This document shows, one piece after another, positions 54,096 to 63,198 of a stretch of DNA of 64,000 bases. The notes under the pieces were generated by a model. That model made no database searches. It was not told where the DNA came from and saw only the letters and a list, made by a program, of their open reading frames with translations. This DNA comes from Candidatus Aenigmatarchaeota archaeon. Lineage in GTDB: Archaea; Aenigmatarchaeota; Aenigmatarchaeia; GW2011-AR5. The stretch is from NCBI GenBank assembly GCA_016180945.1, contig JACPAG010000003.1, forward strand, positions 39,312 to 103,311. Direction: 5' to 3'. How positions within the stretch are numbered: position 1 is the first letter of the stretch; every line of letters begins with the position of its first letter. The position numbers were made by a program, and so were the translations under genes.

Positions 54096-54272
54096 AATGA
54101 TGTGGCAATCGCCTCATCAAAAATTACAAACGAATGCCTATGGCATTCGTTGCATCGAAGACCAAAGGTCTTCAGTGCATCAAAAGACTTTGCGAAGTCT
54201 TCGAAGATGCTCTTGCATCTTCGAGATTCCGAAGGAACTTTGTTCCTTCGAGAACAGAGGGGAGAGGGGATT
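54096..54272 (+). promoter_or_regulatory. Leader motif (variant 5' box ATGGCAATCGCC) with a ~150-nt insert of four hairpins before GAGGGGAGAGGGGATT-ATG
   Basis: Hairpins CGAAGACC-AAA-GGTCTTC, AAAGACTT-TGCG-AAGTCTT, CGAAGATGC-TCT-TGCATCTTCG and CGAAGG-AACTTT-GTTCCTTCG. The upstream ATG is in frame, so the ORF track shows a false 57-aa extension. Confidence 0.55.
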
Positions 54273-55055
54273 ATGATTGAAATGATTTTTCTGGCGGTGC
54301 TTCTGTCTTCCATAGCGGCCTTCTGGGATTTGCTTACGACAGAAGTGCCTGATGAAATACCCGCCTTGATGATATCGTCCGGCGTTTTCTTCTGGTACAT
54401 CCGCTGGTTGAACGGCGATGCAGCCGCTTTCGTGTATTCGTTGCTGATAGGCACGGCCATTCTTGCCGCCGGTCTTGCGCTGTACAAAAGCGGCAAGTGG
54501 GGCGGCGCGGACGCGTGGATTTTGGCTGCCATTTTCTACATGGTGCCGATTGCAAATAGCAGGATTTTTCTGGTAGATTACATGTACAATCTCCTTATCG
54601 TCAGCTCTGCTTACACGATCGTATACGCCATAATTTTAGGACTCCTGAACCGGAATGTATTCCACCATTTCTTGAACGACCTCAAAGCCAATGCAAGGAT
54701 GATTTCTGTCCTGCTTATGTGTCTCGCTGCCGGCTTTGCATTAATCTACTTGTACAGACTTCCTCCTCCTTTCATCAGCATAATTATCATGTTTACATTT
54801 CTCCTGTTTTTCTGGCGGTATGCGCAAGTCATCGAGAAAACGGTCTTTACAAAAAGAATCCCCACCAGAAATCTCAAAGTTGGTGATGTTCTCCAGTCCA
54901 TGATATGGCGCGGCCTTACTTATGAGGAAGTCCGGAAAATCAGGAAACAGAAAAAGACTGTTGTCATAAAGGAAGGCATGCGTTTCGTGCCTGTGTTTCC
55001 CATAACTCTTGTAGTAACGATTGTCTACGGGAACCTGTTGTTTCTGATTTTGTGA
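54273..55055 (+). CDS. A24-family prepilin/preflagellin peptidase (PibD/FlaK-like)
   Basis: AFWDLLTTEVPDE (first catalytic Asp) and GGADAWIL (second Asp, GxGD-like). Confidence 0.55.
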   Translation: MIEMIFLAVLLSSIAAFWDLLTTEVPDEIPALMISSGVFFWYIRWLNGDAAAFVYSLLIGTAILAAGLALYKSGKWGGADAWILAAIFYMVPIANSRIFLVDYMYNLLIVSSAYTIVYAIILGLLNRNVFHHFLNDLKANARMISVLLMCLAAGFALIYLYRLPPPFISIIIMFTFLLFFWRYAQVIEKTVFTKRIPTRNLKVGDVLQSMIWRGLTYEEVRKIRKQKKTVVIKEGMRFVPVFPITLVVTIVYGNLLFLIL

Positions 55056-55079
55056 GATGGAAGAAATGATAACATTATA

Positions 55080-55230
55080 GCTGACCAACTTAGTATTTAG
55101 TATACCACAAAAGTTGGTCACATACATGGTAAAGCAGAGCTTTACCTGTACAGGAGAATCTTTGATTCTCCATGTATAGTAAACCAAGTTATAATATCGA
55201 GATTCTTTACTTGGTTAACTATAAAGCTGC
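55080..55230. repeat. Cluster of four hairpins between convergent genes
   Basis: TGACCAACTT...AAGTTGGTCA, GGTAAAGC-AGA-GCTTTACC, GGAGAATC-TTT-GATTCTCC and AACCAAGT...ACTTGGTT. Confidence 0.45.
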
Positions 55231-55412
55231 CTAAAAAAGACATCGATTCTTTTCTTAGAGTAGTTAATGATATAAAATTCATTAAAGAAGCAAAAAAAGG
55301 GGACGAAGAAATATCCAAAGGCAAATTCAAGACACTCGAACACGTAATAAAAAAATACGGAGTTCAGCGGTAGAATTCTTTGTATTTCTCCGATTTTCTT
55401 TTACCTCTTTCT

Positions 55413-56438
55413 TTATATGATTCCTACACTTTCCAGAACGTTTCTTGCTGATTTTTCCGTAAGATTTTTTTTGTTCAGCACCGTGTACCTGTCTCTTATA
55501 GACGATGCCGTGGCCAGCGCTTTGACAACCCTTTCTTCCGTTTCACCCATGCCTTTTGCCGTCACGGGCAGCTTTAATTTCTTCAGCATCTTTATTATGG
55601 CTTTCCAATCCTGGCCTTGCAGATAGGTTGTTGCAATCGTGCCCAAAGCCACCTGCTCGCCGTGCAGTGCGGATGAGCCAAGCTTTTCCAGTGCATGGGA
55701 AAAGTTATGCTCGCTTCCCGAGCCGGGACGGGAAGAGCCGTAGATGTTCATCGCAAACCCCGACGAAATAAGCGCCCAGAGCAGGACCTCCAGCCCGTGA
55801 TAATTCTTTTTCCTTATGTCGTCAGCGTTTGACATGACTGCCCTTGCCGATAGCAGCGAAAGCTCGGCCATTACAGTATGGTACGGCTCCTTGCCAGCTT
55901 TTGCCGCCAGCCTCCAGTCTTCGACTGCTGATATCTTTGATATCAGATCCCCCGCTCCGGCTGCAATCCATCTGTACGGGGCATTCCTTATTTTTTCAAG
56001 GCCCGCGATTATCGCTATAGGCTCTGCTGCGTTGATGGATATTTTTGCTCCGTTTGATTCGATGCTTGCGCGGGAAGAAACAACGCCGTCATGGCTGAGA
56101 ATGGTCGGAAACGCTATCCACGGTATTTTTGCAAGGAACGAGGAATATTTGGCGGCGTCAATGCTTCTGCCGCCGCCAAGGCCTATGCAAAAATCGTAGC
56201 CGCTTATTTTCTTGGACAGGTTTTCAAGATATGTTTTTTCCAGGGAAGGGCTTATGATGTCTGCAGAAAAATGCCTTTTTATTGTATTAATCGTGTCATC
56301 GCACAGTTCCATTACATTTTTATCGCAGATAATGGCGCATTTTTTGCCTAATTTCAGGCTTAGCAGGAATTCTCTGACGTTCTCGTCGAGTCGTTTTTCT
56401 ACCATAATTTTGTAAGGCAGGTTGACGATCATTTTCAA
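55413..56438 (-). CDS. egsA: sn-glycerol-1-phosphate dehydrogenase (G1PDH, EgsA)
   Basis: GLGGGRSIDAAKY and Zn-site histidines; iron-containing alcohol dehydrogenase fold. Confidence 0.85.
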   Translation of the reverse strand: MKMIVNLPYKIMVEKRLDENVREFLLSLKLGKKCAIICDKNVMELCDDTINTIKRHFSADIISPSLEKTYLENLSKKISGYDFCIGLGGGRSIDAAKYSSFLAKIPWIAFPTILSHDGVVSSRASIESNGAKISINAAEPIAIIAGLEKIRNAPYRWIAAGAGDLISKISAVEDWRLAAKAGKEPYHTVMAELSLLSARAVMSNADDIRKKNYHGLEVLLWALISSGFAMNIYGSSRPGSGSEHNFSHALEKLGSSALHGEQVALGTIATTYLQGQDWKAIIKMLKKLKLPVTAKGMGETEERVVKALATASSIRDRYTVLNKKNLTEKSARNVLESVGII

Positions 56439-56536
56439 TCACCGATACTAAGGCATTTATGTCGTAGAGGGATAGAGGTGTTGGAAAGAAATGCTCAAAG
56501 ATACTGCGGTCTTTAGACCGCAGAACATGGGGCATT

Positions 56537-57280
56537 TCATCTTCTGCACCCCCTTACCGCGCGGATTATGTCGCCTACGGCTTTAAAATTTTCTTCCGTT
56601 ATCGTACCTGTGTCTATGATATCCGCGCCTGCTTTTGCTCTCTCCAATGCGTCTGCCGCTGTTCTTATACCGCCGCCTACTATTATTGGTATTTCTATGT
56701 TATTTCTTACAGCCTTTACCATTTCAACCGGCACAGGTTCTTTTGCACCAGACCCGGCTTCCAGGTACACCAGATCCATGCCAAGATATTCTGCGGCCAG
56801 CGAATAGCCGACGGCTTTTTTTATGTCCCCCCTTTTTATGATTTCGGCCTCTCCTACCTGGCCGGCCTTCATCCCCGGTTCGACAATGATGTAAGCAGCC
56901 GGTATGATTTCGATGCCGGCTTCTTTTACCAGCATTGCGCCAGCCGACTGCGCGCCCGTTATCCAGTAGGGATTCCTGCTGTTAAGCAGCGACATGAATA
57001 AAATGGCGTCTGCGTAAGGTGAGATGCCATTAAGCCCGCCTGGGAAGAGGATGACCGGCAATGAAGAATTATTCTTTATCCGTTTTACGCATTTGTCAAG
57101 AAATTGCCGGTTGACGTTTGTCGAGCCGCCGACAAGTATGGCGTCCGTCCCGAATCTTTCCAGTTCCCTTATCTTCTTATCGAGATTTTTCATTTTTTGC
57201 GGGTCCGGGTCGAGCAGCGTTACGTGCATCGCCCTTTTCCTGACGGTCCTGTGAATAAAATTTTTAATGCGGTTTTTCAT
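56537..57280 (-). CDS. Geranylgeranylglyceryl phosphate synthase (GGGPS, PcrB family)
   Basis: TIM-barrel GGGPS motifs (ILVGGS..., GGGIR). Start at Met14 of the ORF-track ORF. Confidence 0.8.
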   Translation of the reverse strand: MKNRIKNFIHRTVRKRAMHVTLLDPDPQKMKNLDKKIRELERFGTDAILVGGSTNVNRQFLDKCVKRIKNNSSLPVILFPGGLNGISPYADAILFMSLLNSRNPYWITGAQSAGAMLVKEAGIEIIPAAYIIVEPGMKAGQVGEAEIIKRGDIKKAVGYSLAAEYLGMDLVYLEAGSGAKEPVPVEMVKAVRNNIEIPIIVGGGIRTAADALERAKAGADIIDTGTITEENFKAVGDIIRAVRGCRR

Positions 57281-57386
57281 GAAACACTTTGGGAGAAAAA
57301 GGATAAAAAGTAAAACCAAATGGAATTTCTAGTAGAAAGCATGGATAAAACGAAAGAGAATTACCGGCTTTCTCCATTCTTTGTAC

Positions 57387-59063
57387 TTACTCAACAACAA
57401 CAGGCATCCTGCTGGACATGCTCTTCATCATGTTATAGATATCCGTGAGCCTTCGCTCCAGAAACATGACCCTTTCTGCCAATGGACTTAGATCCGGCGA
57501 TTCGATGGACTTCAGCTTCTGGGAAATCTCCGCCACGTCCCTTGCGTAGTCTTTTTTCTGTACAAAGTCTGGGAATTTCCTGTCCAGTGATGCGGCAAAC
57601 TGCTCCAGATTTTCAGTAAAGAATCTTGTTGCAGCCAGTTCCAGCTTCCCTTCCAGGTCATTTAGTTTCATTTGCTGTTCCGCTGTTTCGTCTCTCATCT
57701 TCCTGATTTCTTCTATGTTCAACGAGCCGGATATTCCGCGTATCTTGGCGGAGAACTCGTTCGCTTTCTCTTCAATAATTTTATCCATATCGGTTTTCAC
57801 TTCGCCGACTACCTTCTCGCTTATGGTTGCCAGGTAAGTTTCCATGTCGGCCATTCTCTTGCCGGTTTCGATGATTTTTCTCTCCAGTGCGGCGACCTGC
57901 GAGGACGTGTCCTCCACATCGCTGTGGACGGCGTCTATTGCAGCCAGTTTGGAATTTACATCGCCTATCCACCTGTCCATGGAATACCCCATGTCCTGCA
58001 TCCGCTTTTCCAGAGAGACAGTCTTTGCGTAGTTCTCTTCCAGCGTCTTTCTGATATTGTACATGGCAGTGACTTTGCCTGCCAGATCCTGCACGTGCTT
58101 TTCCAGCGCAGCCCGCTGGACAGCCTCTTCTTCGATGGCGGTTACTAGTTTGTTTAATCCCATTATCTGCGGCTTTATAACATCAAGCTCTGCTGCTTTC
58201 GCGTTCATCGCGCCTATTTTAGTTTCAAGAGATTGCTGAACAGCATCCAGTTTTTCCATCCGCGCCTTGAACTTCTCCTCTGTCGCAAAAATCCTGTTCT
58301 CAACATCTTTTCTTGCTGATTCTGTCTTTTCGGACGAGCCGCTTATTTTTGTGTCTATTCCTTCCTTGAGCGCTTCTACCTTTTCGATGTCCGCATTGAT
58401 TTTTTCTTCAATCGTTTTTATTTTTGTAAACGCCGTAGACGCCCTTTCGATGTCGACTTCCACATTCTGGATTTTCTGCAATACTCCGCCTCTTTCCGTA
58501 GAAAAGTTTTCTACCGTATCCTTCAGCACCTTAAGCCTGTTCAGAGCGTTTTCAATTTCTATCCTGGTTTTGTTCATTCGTTCTATGTAAACATCCGCAT
58601 CCTTGCTCGTTACAGTAATCGGGCCTTGCGGCCTTGAAGCTATTTTTTCTTCTATCTTTGGCAAGTCGACTTTTAAGGAAGAAATGCCTTTTTCAATCTC
58701 AGCAATGCGCGTTTCGAGATTTTGCGGTACTCCTTGTCCCAGCTTCTCTTCAATCTTCGTTATTCTCTGCTCCAGAAGCGGGGCAGATTCTATAACGTCC
58801 TGCGTGCCTATCTTTTCTTTTATTTTGGTGCTTTCAATCTGCAGAAGAAGCACCAAATCCTCTATTTCCTGCAGCCTTTCTTCGCCTATACTTTCACCGC
58901 CAGGTTTCTGCTCCGTCTCGGCGAGTCTCTTCTCGACCTCGAAGAAATTGGTTTTTATCCGGTTTTCTAAGGCGGATAACCTCTGGTTAAGTCCCTGTAA
59001 ATCATCCATAAAAATACTTTGTTCGCGGGGGTATATATAATTTTTAAGGTGCTGAAACGTCAT
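57387..59063 (-). CDS. 558-aa all-alpha coiled-coil protein (cytoskeletal/SMC-like rod)
   Basis: Heptad-rich throughout with no TM segment or catalytic motifs. Confidence 0.5.
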   Translation of the reverse strand: MTFQHLKNYIYPREQSIFMDDLQGLNQRLSALENRIKTNFFEVEKRLAETEQKPGGESIGEERLQEIEDLVLLLQIESTKIKEKIGTQDVIESAPLLEQRITKIEEKLGQGVPQNLETRIAEIEKGISSLKVDLPKIEEKIASRPQGPITVTSKDADVYIERMNKTRIEIENALNRLKVLKDTVENFSTERGGVLQKIQNVEVDIERASTAFTKIKTIEEKINADIEKVEALKEGIDTKISGSSEKTESARKDVENRIFATEEKFKARMEKLDAVQQSLETKIGAMNAKAAELDVIKPQIMGLNKLVTAIEEEAVQRAALEKHVQDLAGKVTAMYNIRKTLEENYAKTVSLEKRMQDMGYSMDRWIGDVNSKLAAIDAVHSDVEDTSSQVAALERKIIETGKRMADMETYLATISEKVVGEVKTDMDKIIEEKANEFSAKIRGISGSLNIEEIRKMRDETAEQQMKLNDLEGKLELAATRFFTENLEQFAASLDRKFPDFVQKKDYARDVAEISQKLKSIESPDLSPLAERVMFLERRLTDIYNMMKSMSSRMPVVVE

Positions 59064-59119
59064 ACCTATTTAAAATTTCTAATTTATTATTAACGACAAC
59101 AGCATAATACTTACTGAAG

Positions 59120-59521
59120 GTGTGGCATCTGGAAAAAAGACAATCGGAAATAAAAGACCTTAAGCCGGGGAGCTTTGTTCTGATAGACGAAATCCCGTGT
59201 AAAGTCGATTCCGTCCAGATATCAAGGCCGGGAAAGCACGGCTCTTCGAAAGCACGGCTGGCCGCATCTGGTATATTCGACAACCAGAAGCGCATCATTG
59301 TCAAGCCCGCCGGTGCAAAGATAGACGTGCCCATAATAGAGAAAAAATCCATGCAGGTCATAGCAATAATAGGCAGCAACGTCCAGCTCATGGACCTGGT
59401 GGACTTCACAACCACAGAAGTCCCTATACCCGAAGAGCTTCTCGGCCAGTTAACCGAGGGCGAGGAAGTTCTTGTGTGGAAGTTCGGCAGTTACATCATG
59501 CTGAAGGGAAAAAAGGGTTAG
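59120..59521 (+). CDS. eif5a: Translation initiation factor 5A (aIF5A)
   Basis: Hypusine loop RPGKHGSSKAR and an OB domain. Confidence 0.8.
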   Translation: MWHLEKRQSEIKDLKPGSFVLIDEIPCKVDSVQISRPGKHGSSKARLAASGIFDNQKRIIVKPAGAKIDVPIIEKKSMQVIAIIGSNVQLMDLVDFTTTEVPIPEELLGQLTEGEEVLVWKFGSYIMLKGKKG

Positions 59522-60583
59522 GTGGGAGGGTTATTTACGAAACTGATTGTCGGCGTCGACCCCGGAATGATAACAGCCGTGGCGGCTGTCGATATAAACT
59601 CTGATTTCTACTGCACCTTCAGCAAACGTGGCTTTTCTTTCAGTGAAATCTGCGACCATCTTGTGAATGTCGGCGAGCCGGTTGTCGTGGCCACGGACAC
59701 GATGCATCTGCCGGATGCTGTCAAAAAGATTTCTGCCGCCTTTAATTCCAGGCTTTTCCTGCCGAAAAGAAACCTTCTCGTTGGCGAGAAGAAAAGGCTC
59801 ATAGAGGAAAAGCATGCCGGCAACGACCATGAACGGGACGCATTGGCTTCGGCAGTATATGCAAAAGAATTCTTTTTGCCGCTGTTCAAAAAAATAGACG
59901 CCGCCCTTGAAAAGAAAGGCCTCTCTCATTTGTCAGCCGACATCAAGGAACTTCTGATAAAGAACGAGGCCGGCAACATTGAACAGGCGATAAGATTGCT
60001 CACCTCCGTAGAGCAAAAACAGCTGAAAATAGTCCCGCGCATCATCGAAACGAAGGAGATAATAAAATTGCGCCAGCGCGCCGGGAAACTGGAACAGGAA
60101 AAAATCAGGCTGGAAAAAGTTATCGGTGAAATGGCCGCGGAAAACAAACGCCTGGCGAAAGAGGCGGAAATGCTGTCAAAGAAGGACGAGAGCAGACTGG
60201 TGAATAATCTCAGGAAAAGCATAGCCGCCGTGCTTGAAGAAAAAAACAAGCTGGAAAACGAATATAAGGAATTCAGGGAGCTCTCGTCAAAATATGAAAT
60301 AATTGCCGATATCGGCGAAGCCGCGGCAGGCAGGGTGATTATGGCAAAGGGCAATATTGACGTGAAAAGAATGGAAGAAATGCAGCCGAAAGCGGTAATT
60401 TCAGATGATTTTATCGACACGTATATACCTGTGATACATCCCGAAAGGATAGAGTTGAAGAGCATAGGAAAATTTCTGGTAATCGACAAAAAACAGCTCG
60501 GGGACGTCTTGCAAAGCGGCGAAACCTTTTTAGACTGGCTTGGAAAATATAAGTCTAGATATCAGCATGAAACCAAGGCATAA
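59522..60583 (+). CDS. DUF460-family protein (RNase H-fold, RuvC/YqgF-like, with a coiled-coil segment)
   Basis: LIVGVDPGMITAVAAVD N-terminus followed by a coiled coil. Confidence 0.45.
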   Translation: MGGLFTKLIVGVDPGMITAVAAVDINSDFYCTFSKRGFSFSEICDHLVNVGEPVVVATDTMHLPDAVKKISAAFNSRLFLPKRNLLVGEKKRLIEEKHAGNDHERDALASAVYAKEFFLPLFKKIDAALEKKGLSHLSADIKELLIKNEAGNIEQAIRLLTSVEQKQLKIVPRIIETKEIIKLRQRAGKLEQEKIRLEKVIGEMAAENKRLAKEAEMLSKKDESRLVNNLRKSIAAVLEEKNKLENEYKEFRELSSKYEIIADIGEAAAGRVIMAKGNIDVKRMEEMQPKAVISDDFIDTYIPVIHPERIELKSIGKFLVIDKKQLGDVLQSGETFLDWLGKYKSRYQHETKA

Positions 60584-61133
60584 GAAACAAAAGACAAGAA
60601 GGAAACGACCTAAGAACGCCGTTTTTTCCGCTGGCGATTTTTTGCGCCAGCAAAAAAGGGCCATTAGAAAAACCCTTGTATTTCTCGTGAAATTCAATCT
60701 GCTTTCCATCCCGCTTTATGCCATAATCCTGACAGGCTTCCAGTCGGGATTTCTGATGGATGCCACAAGCAACATGGTGGTTGCATTCTTGAGAGCCACG
60801 GGCATGGAAACAGCAATGCACGGCAATATCATAACAGTGCCCGTAAAAGACGGCAGCTTTGGCGCTTTCGTGAGCTGGGACTCGACGGGCTGGAAATCCA
60901 TGCTGGCAATGTTCGCGCTGGTCTTCGCTACCGAGTTTCCGCTGAGAAAGAAGATGTTCGGTCTTGTCCTCATACCCCTTGTTTACGCCGTCAATATATT
61001 GCGCATCTGGTTCATGTTCTTTATTTCAACGGTGGACACAAACTATTTTGCGCTGGCCCATTTAACCGTCTGGAGCTGGGGGCTGATATTTGCAGTGCTA
61101 GGGTTATGGATTATCTGGATGAAGAAATTCTAA
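60540..61133 (+). CDS. Polytopic membrane protein; weak exosortase/archaeosortase-like features
   Basis: Basic N-terminus, 5 TM helices, VSWDSTGWKSML and NILRIW segments. Overlaps the DUF460 gene's 3' end, so the true start is probably later. Confidence 0.3.
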   Translation: MENISLDISMKPRHKKQKTRRKRPKNAVFSAGDFLRQQKRAIRKTLVFLVKFNLLSIPLYAIILTGFQSGFLMDATSNMVVAFLRATGMETAMHGNIITVPVKDGSFGAFVSWDSTGWKSMLAMFALVFATEFPLRKKMFGLVLIPLVYAVNILRIWFMFFISTVDTNYFALAHLTVWSWGLIFAVLGLWIIWMKKF

Positions 61134-61327
61134 TATTTCTATAAGGGAAAAGAGAGTAACCTAGAGAGAAGGACAAACCGACGTACCGTAGGTACGTCAA
61201 GTTGTTCAGGTTTGTCATCTTGGATGGATGAAGAAGTTATAATTATTTCTATATCCAAGTGGGTAAGAAAGTTTACTTAACCCACAAGGTTTAAATACTG
61301 CCCAATGCATATATTGTTGGTGAGATC

Positions 61328-61615
61328 ATGCAGGAAACAGCCGTTTGCGATGAACGTGGAAGACTAACTTTAGGAAGAGATGTAACTGAAAGGTTCGGTA
61401 AGAAGTTCCACGTTGTAATGATGCCGAGAGAGGTAGTGCTAATACCAATATCCAAGGATCCGTTGAAATCTCTCAAAGAAGAAGGAAAAAAGATTCCTCA
61501 GGGGCTTTCCTTGGAAGACACAAGGACACTTGCTGACCAACTAGGTATCAGGGAAGCCAAAGAGAATTACGAACGATTGCAGAGACTTGTAAAGAAGACC
61601 AAGAGAAGGCGATAG
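61328..61615 (+). CDS. vapB: AbrB/SpoVT/VapB-type antitoxin-like DNA-binding protein
   Basis: ERGRLTLGRDVTERFG swapped-hairpin motif. Confidence 0.55.
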   Translation: MQETAVCDERGRLTLGRDVTERFGKKFHVVMMPREVVLIPISKDPLKSLKEEGKKIPQGLSLEDTRTLADQLGIREAKENYERLQRLVKKTKRRR

Positions 61616-61983
61616 ATATTCCATATGCAGACAGTGACTTCCTCCTAGCATTGTTGAAGCCTGACGACTGGCTGAAGGGTGGAGCCGAGAGAATATTGCG
61701 AACTCATAGAGGGAAGATATGGACTTCGATACTTGCTTTGGCGGAGGTCTTGATGGTCGGGCGTGCATTCGGGTTGAATCCTGAGCGTGTTGTCTCAGGA
61801 ATTTTGGATGTAGTTGAAGTAAGTGAAAGCGATAGGGGTATAGCATTGAGAGCTGCTGTGCTTCTATCCCGTTATGGACTTTCCACTTTTGATGCATTTC
61901 ATGCAGCTTTTGCTGAAGATGAAGAAATTATTAGCTCAGATGGAGTGTACGATAAAGTAGGTCTGCGCAGGATTCGTTTGTGA
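61612..61983 (+). CDS. vapC: PIN-domain VapC-like toxin; no canonical start codon
   Basis: ...IDIPYADSDFLLALL...STFDAFHAAFAE...ISSDGVYD... The frame is open from 61537. No ATG or GTG precedes the conserved N-terminal Asp region, only TTG at 61651. Confidence 0.45.
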   Translation: MDIPYADSDFLLALLKPDDWLKGGAERILRTHRGKIWTSILALAEVLMVGRAFGLNPERVVSGILDVVEVSESDRGIALRAAVLLSRYGLSTFDAFHAAFAEDEEIISSDGVYDKVGLRRIRL

Positions 61984-62040
61984 GTCACTCAAATAGTAGT
62001 TACTGAAGATAAAAAATATATTAGAAATCACAAAAATCCC

Positions 62041-62436
62041 TTAGCACGTTACTGTTTCTGGTGCATTACCGCCCGGTGCGCTGGCCTTGACGACCTTTCC
62101 AGTGCAGGCAGTTCCGAGGGTGCATGTTGCCGTTCCTCCTGCTGCAAGCGTTGGAGAACTCCAGGTACAGGTCTGCGGAACGTTGTCTGCAAAGACCTTG
62201 ACAGATGAGAGGTCCATCGTTTTAGACCCTGTGCTTCTTACAACAACGCTTGTTCCTGCTGCGCTGTCAATCTTGATGGTCTGGCCAAGCTGCGTCGTCG
62301 AGGCATTGAGCTGCTCGTCAACTCCTGTGCCTGCCTGCGTGAAGATTCTCTGGAAGAATCCGGACGCAAGACCGACTATAGCGATTGCAACCAGTAACAA
62401 TAGGATTACAGAAATTACTGGCGTTATTCCCTTCAA
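62041..62436 (-). CDS. Archaeal type IV pilin-like protein (class III signal peptide)
   Basis: MKGITPVISVILLLLVAIAIVGLASGFF is the KG/ITPVI class III signal peptide. Confidence 0.6.
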   Translation of the reverse strand: MKGITPVISVILLLLVAIAIVGLASGFFQRIFTQAGTGVDEQLNASTTQLGQTIKIDSAAGTSVVVRSTGSKTMDLSSVKVFADNVPQTCTWSSPTLAAGGTATCTLGTACTGKVVKASAPGGNAPETVTC

Positions 62437-62503
62437 TCAACCCACCTTATTTTATTATGTCAATGCCCATATTTATACTCGAAGAACCCTGATTTCTGGA
62501 TTC

Positions 62504-63148
62504 TCATTTCATTAGTCTCCTTAAAAACGCCAGAATTATCGGCACAAGGAGCACGGCGATTAGCGATAAAATTATAATCTTCAGCGACCTGCCGAGTCCT
62601 TGCCGCCTGAACCCGAAAATCAGGCCGACGAAAAACCCGCCGAAATGGCCTGCGTAAGAAATGTTGCTGCCCGCGTCGAAGAGAAAGCCGTAGACGTTGT
62701 AAAGGGCATACGAGATGCCTACAAATGCCAGAGGCAGCGGGACTATAAACGGGTAGAAAGAAAGATCAAACGGCTTGACCAGTATGCCCGCTCCGATGAG
62801 CGCGAATATGCCGGCTGACGCGCCCACCGCTACCGCATCGAAAGGATAAGCAACCAGCGACAGCAAATCGCCTGCAGCAGCTCCCAGAAAGAAAATTGCG
62901 AGCATTTTCCGCCATCCAAGCTCTTTCTCGACGGCCATGCCGAAAAACAGCATCACCAGAATATTTGAAAGCAGGTGCGTCAGGCCGCCGTGTACAAATA
63001 TGGAAGTCAGTATTGTATACGGCCTGTCAATCATGTTTTTGCCTGAAAATCCGTACGTATTGAAAAAGGCAGCAATGTCAGGGACGTAAATTATCTGGTA
63101 GCCAAAAACCGCTATCATTATTGCAGTCAGGAAAATAGTGAACTTCAT
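62504..63148 (-). CDS. Rhomboid-family intramembrane serine protease
   Basis: GASAGIF (GxSG) and AGHFGGF motifs; 6 TM helices. Confidence 0.75.
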   Translation of the reverse strand: MKFTIFLTAIMIAVFGYQIIYVPDIAAFFNTYGFSGKNMIDRPYTILTSIFVHGGLTHLLSNILVMLFFGMAVEKELGWRKMLAIFFLGAAAGDLLSLVAYPFDAVAVGASAGIFALIGAGILVKPFDLSFYPFIVPLPLAFVGISYALYNVYGFLFDAGSNISYAGHFGGFFVGLIFGFRRQGLGRSLKIIILSLIAVLLVPIILAFLRRLMK

Positions 63149-63198
63149 ACGAACACCTAATTTGCCACTTTTATAAAGATTTTCCTCTTAGGTTAGTC

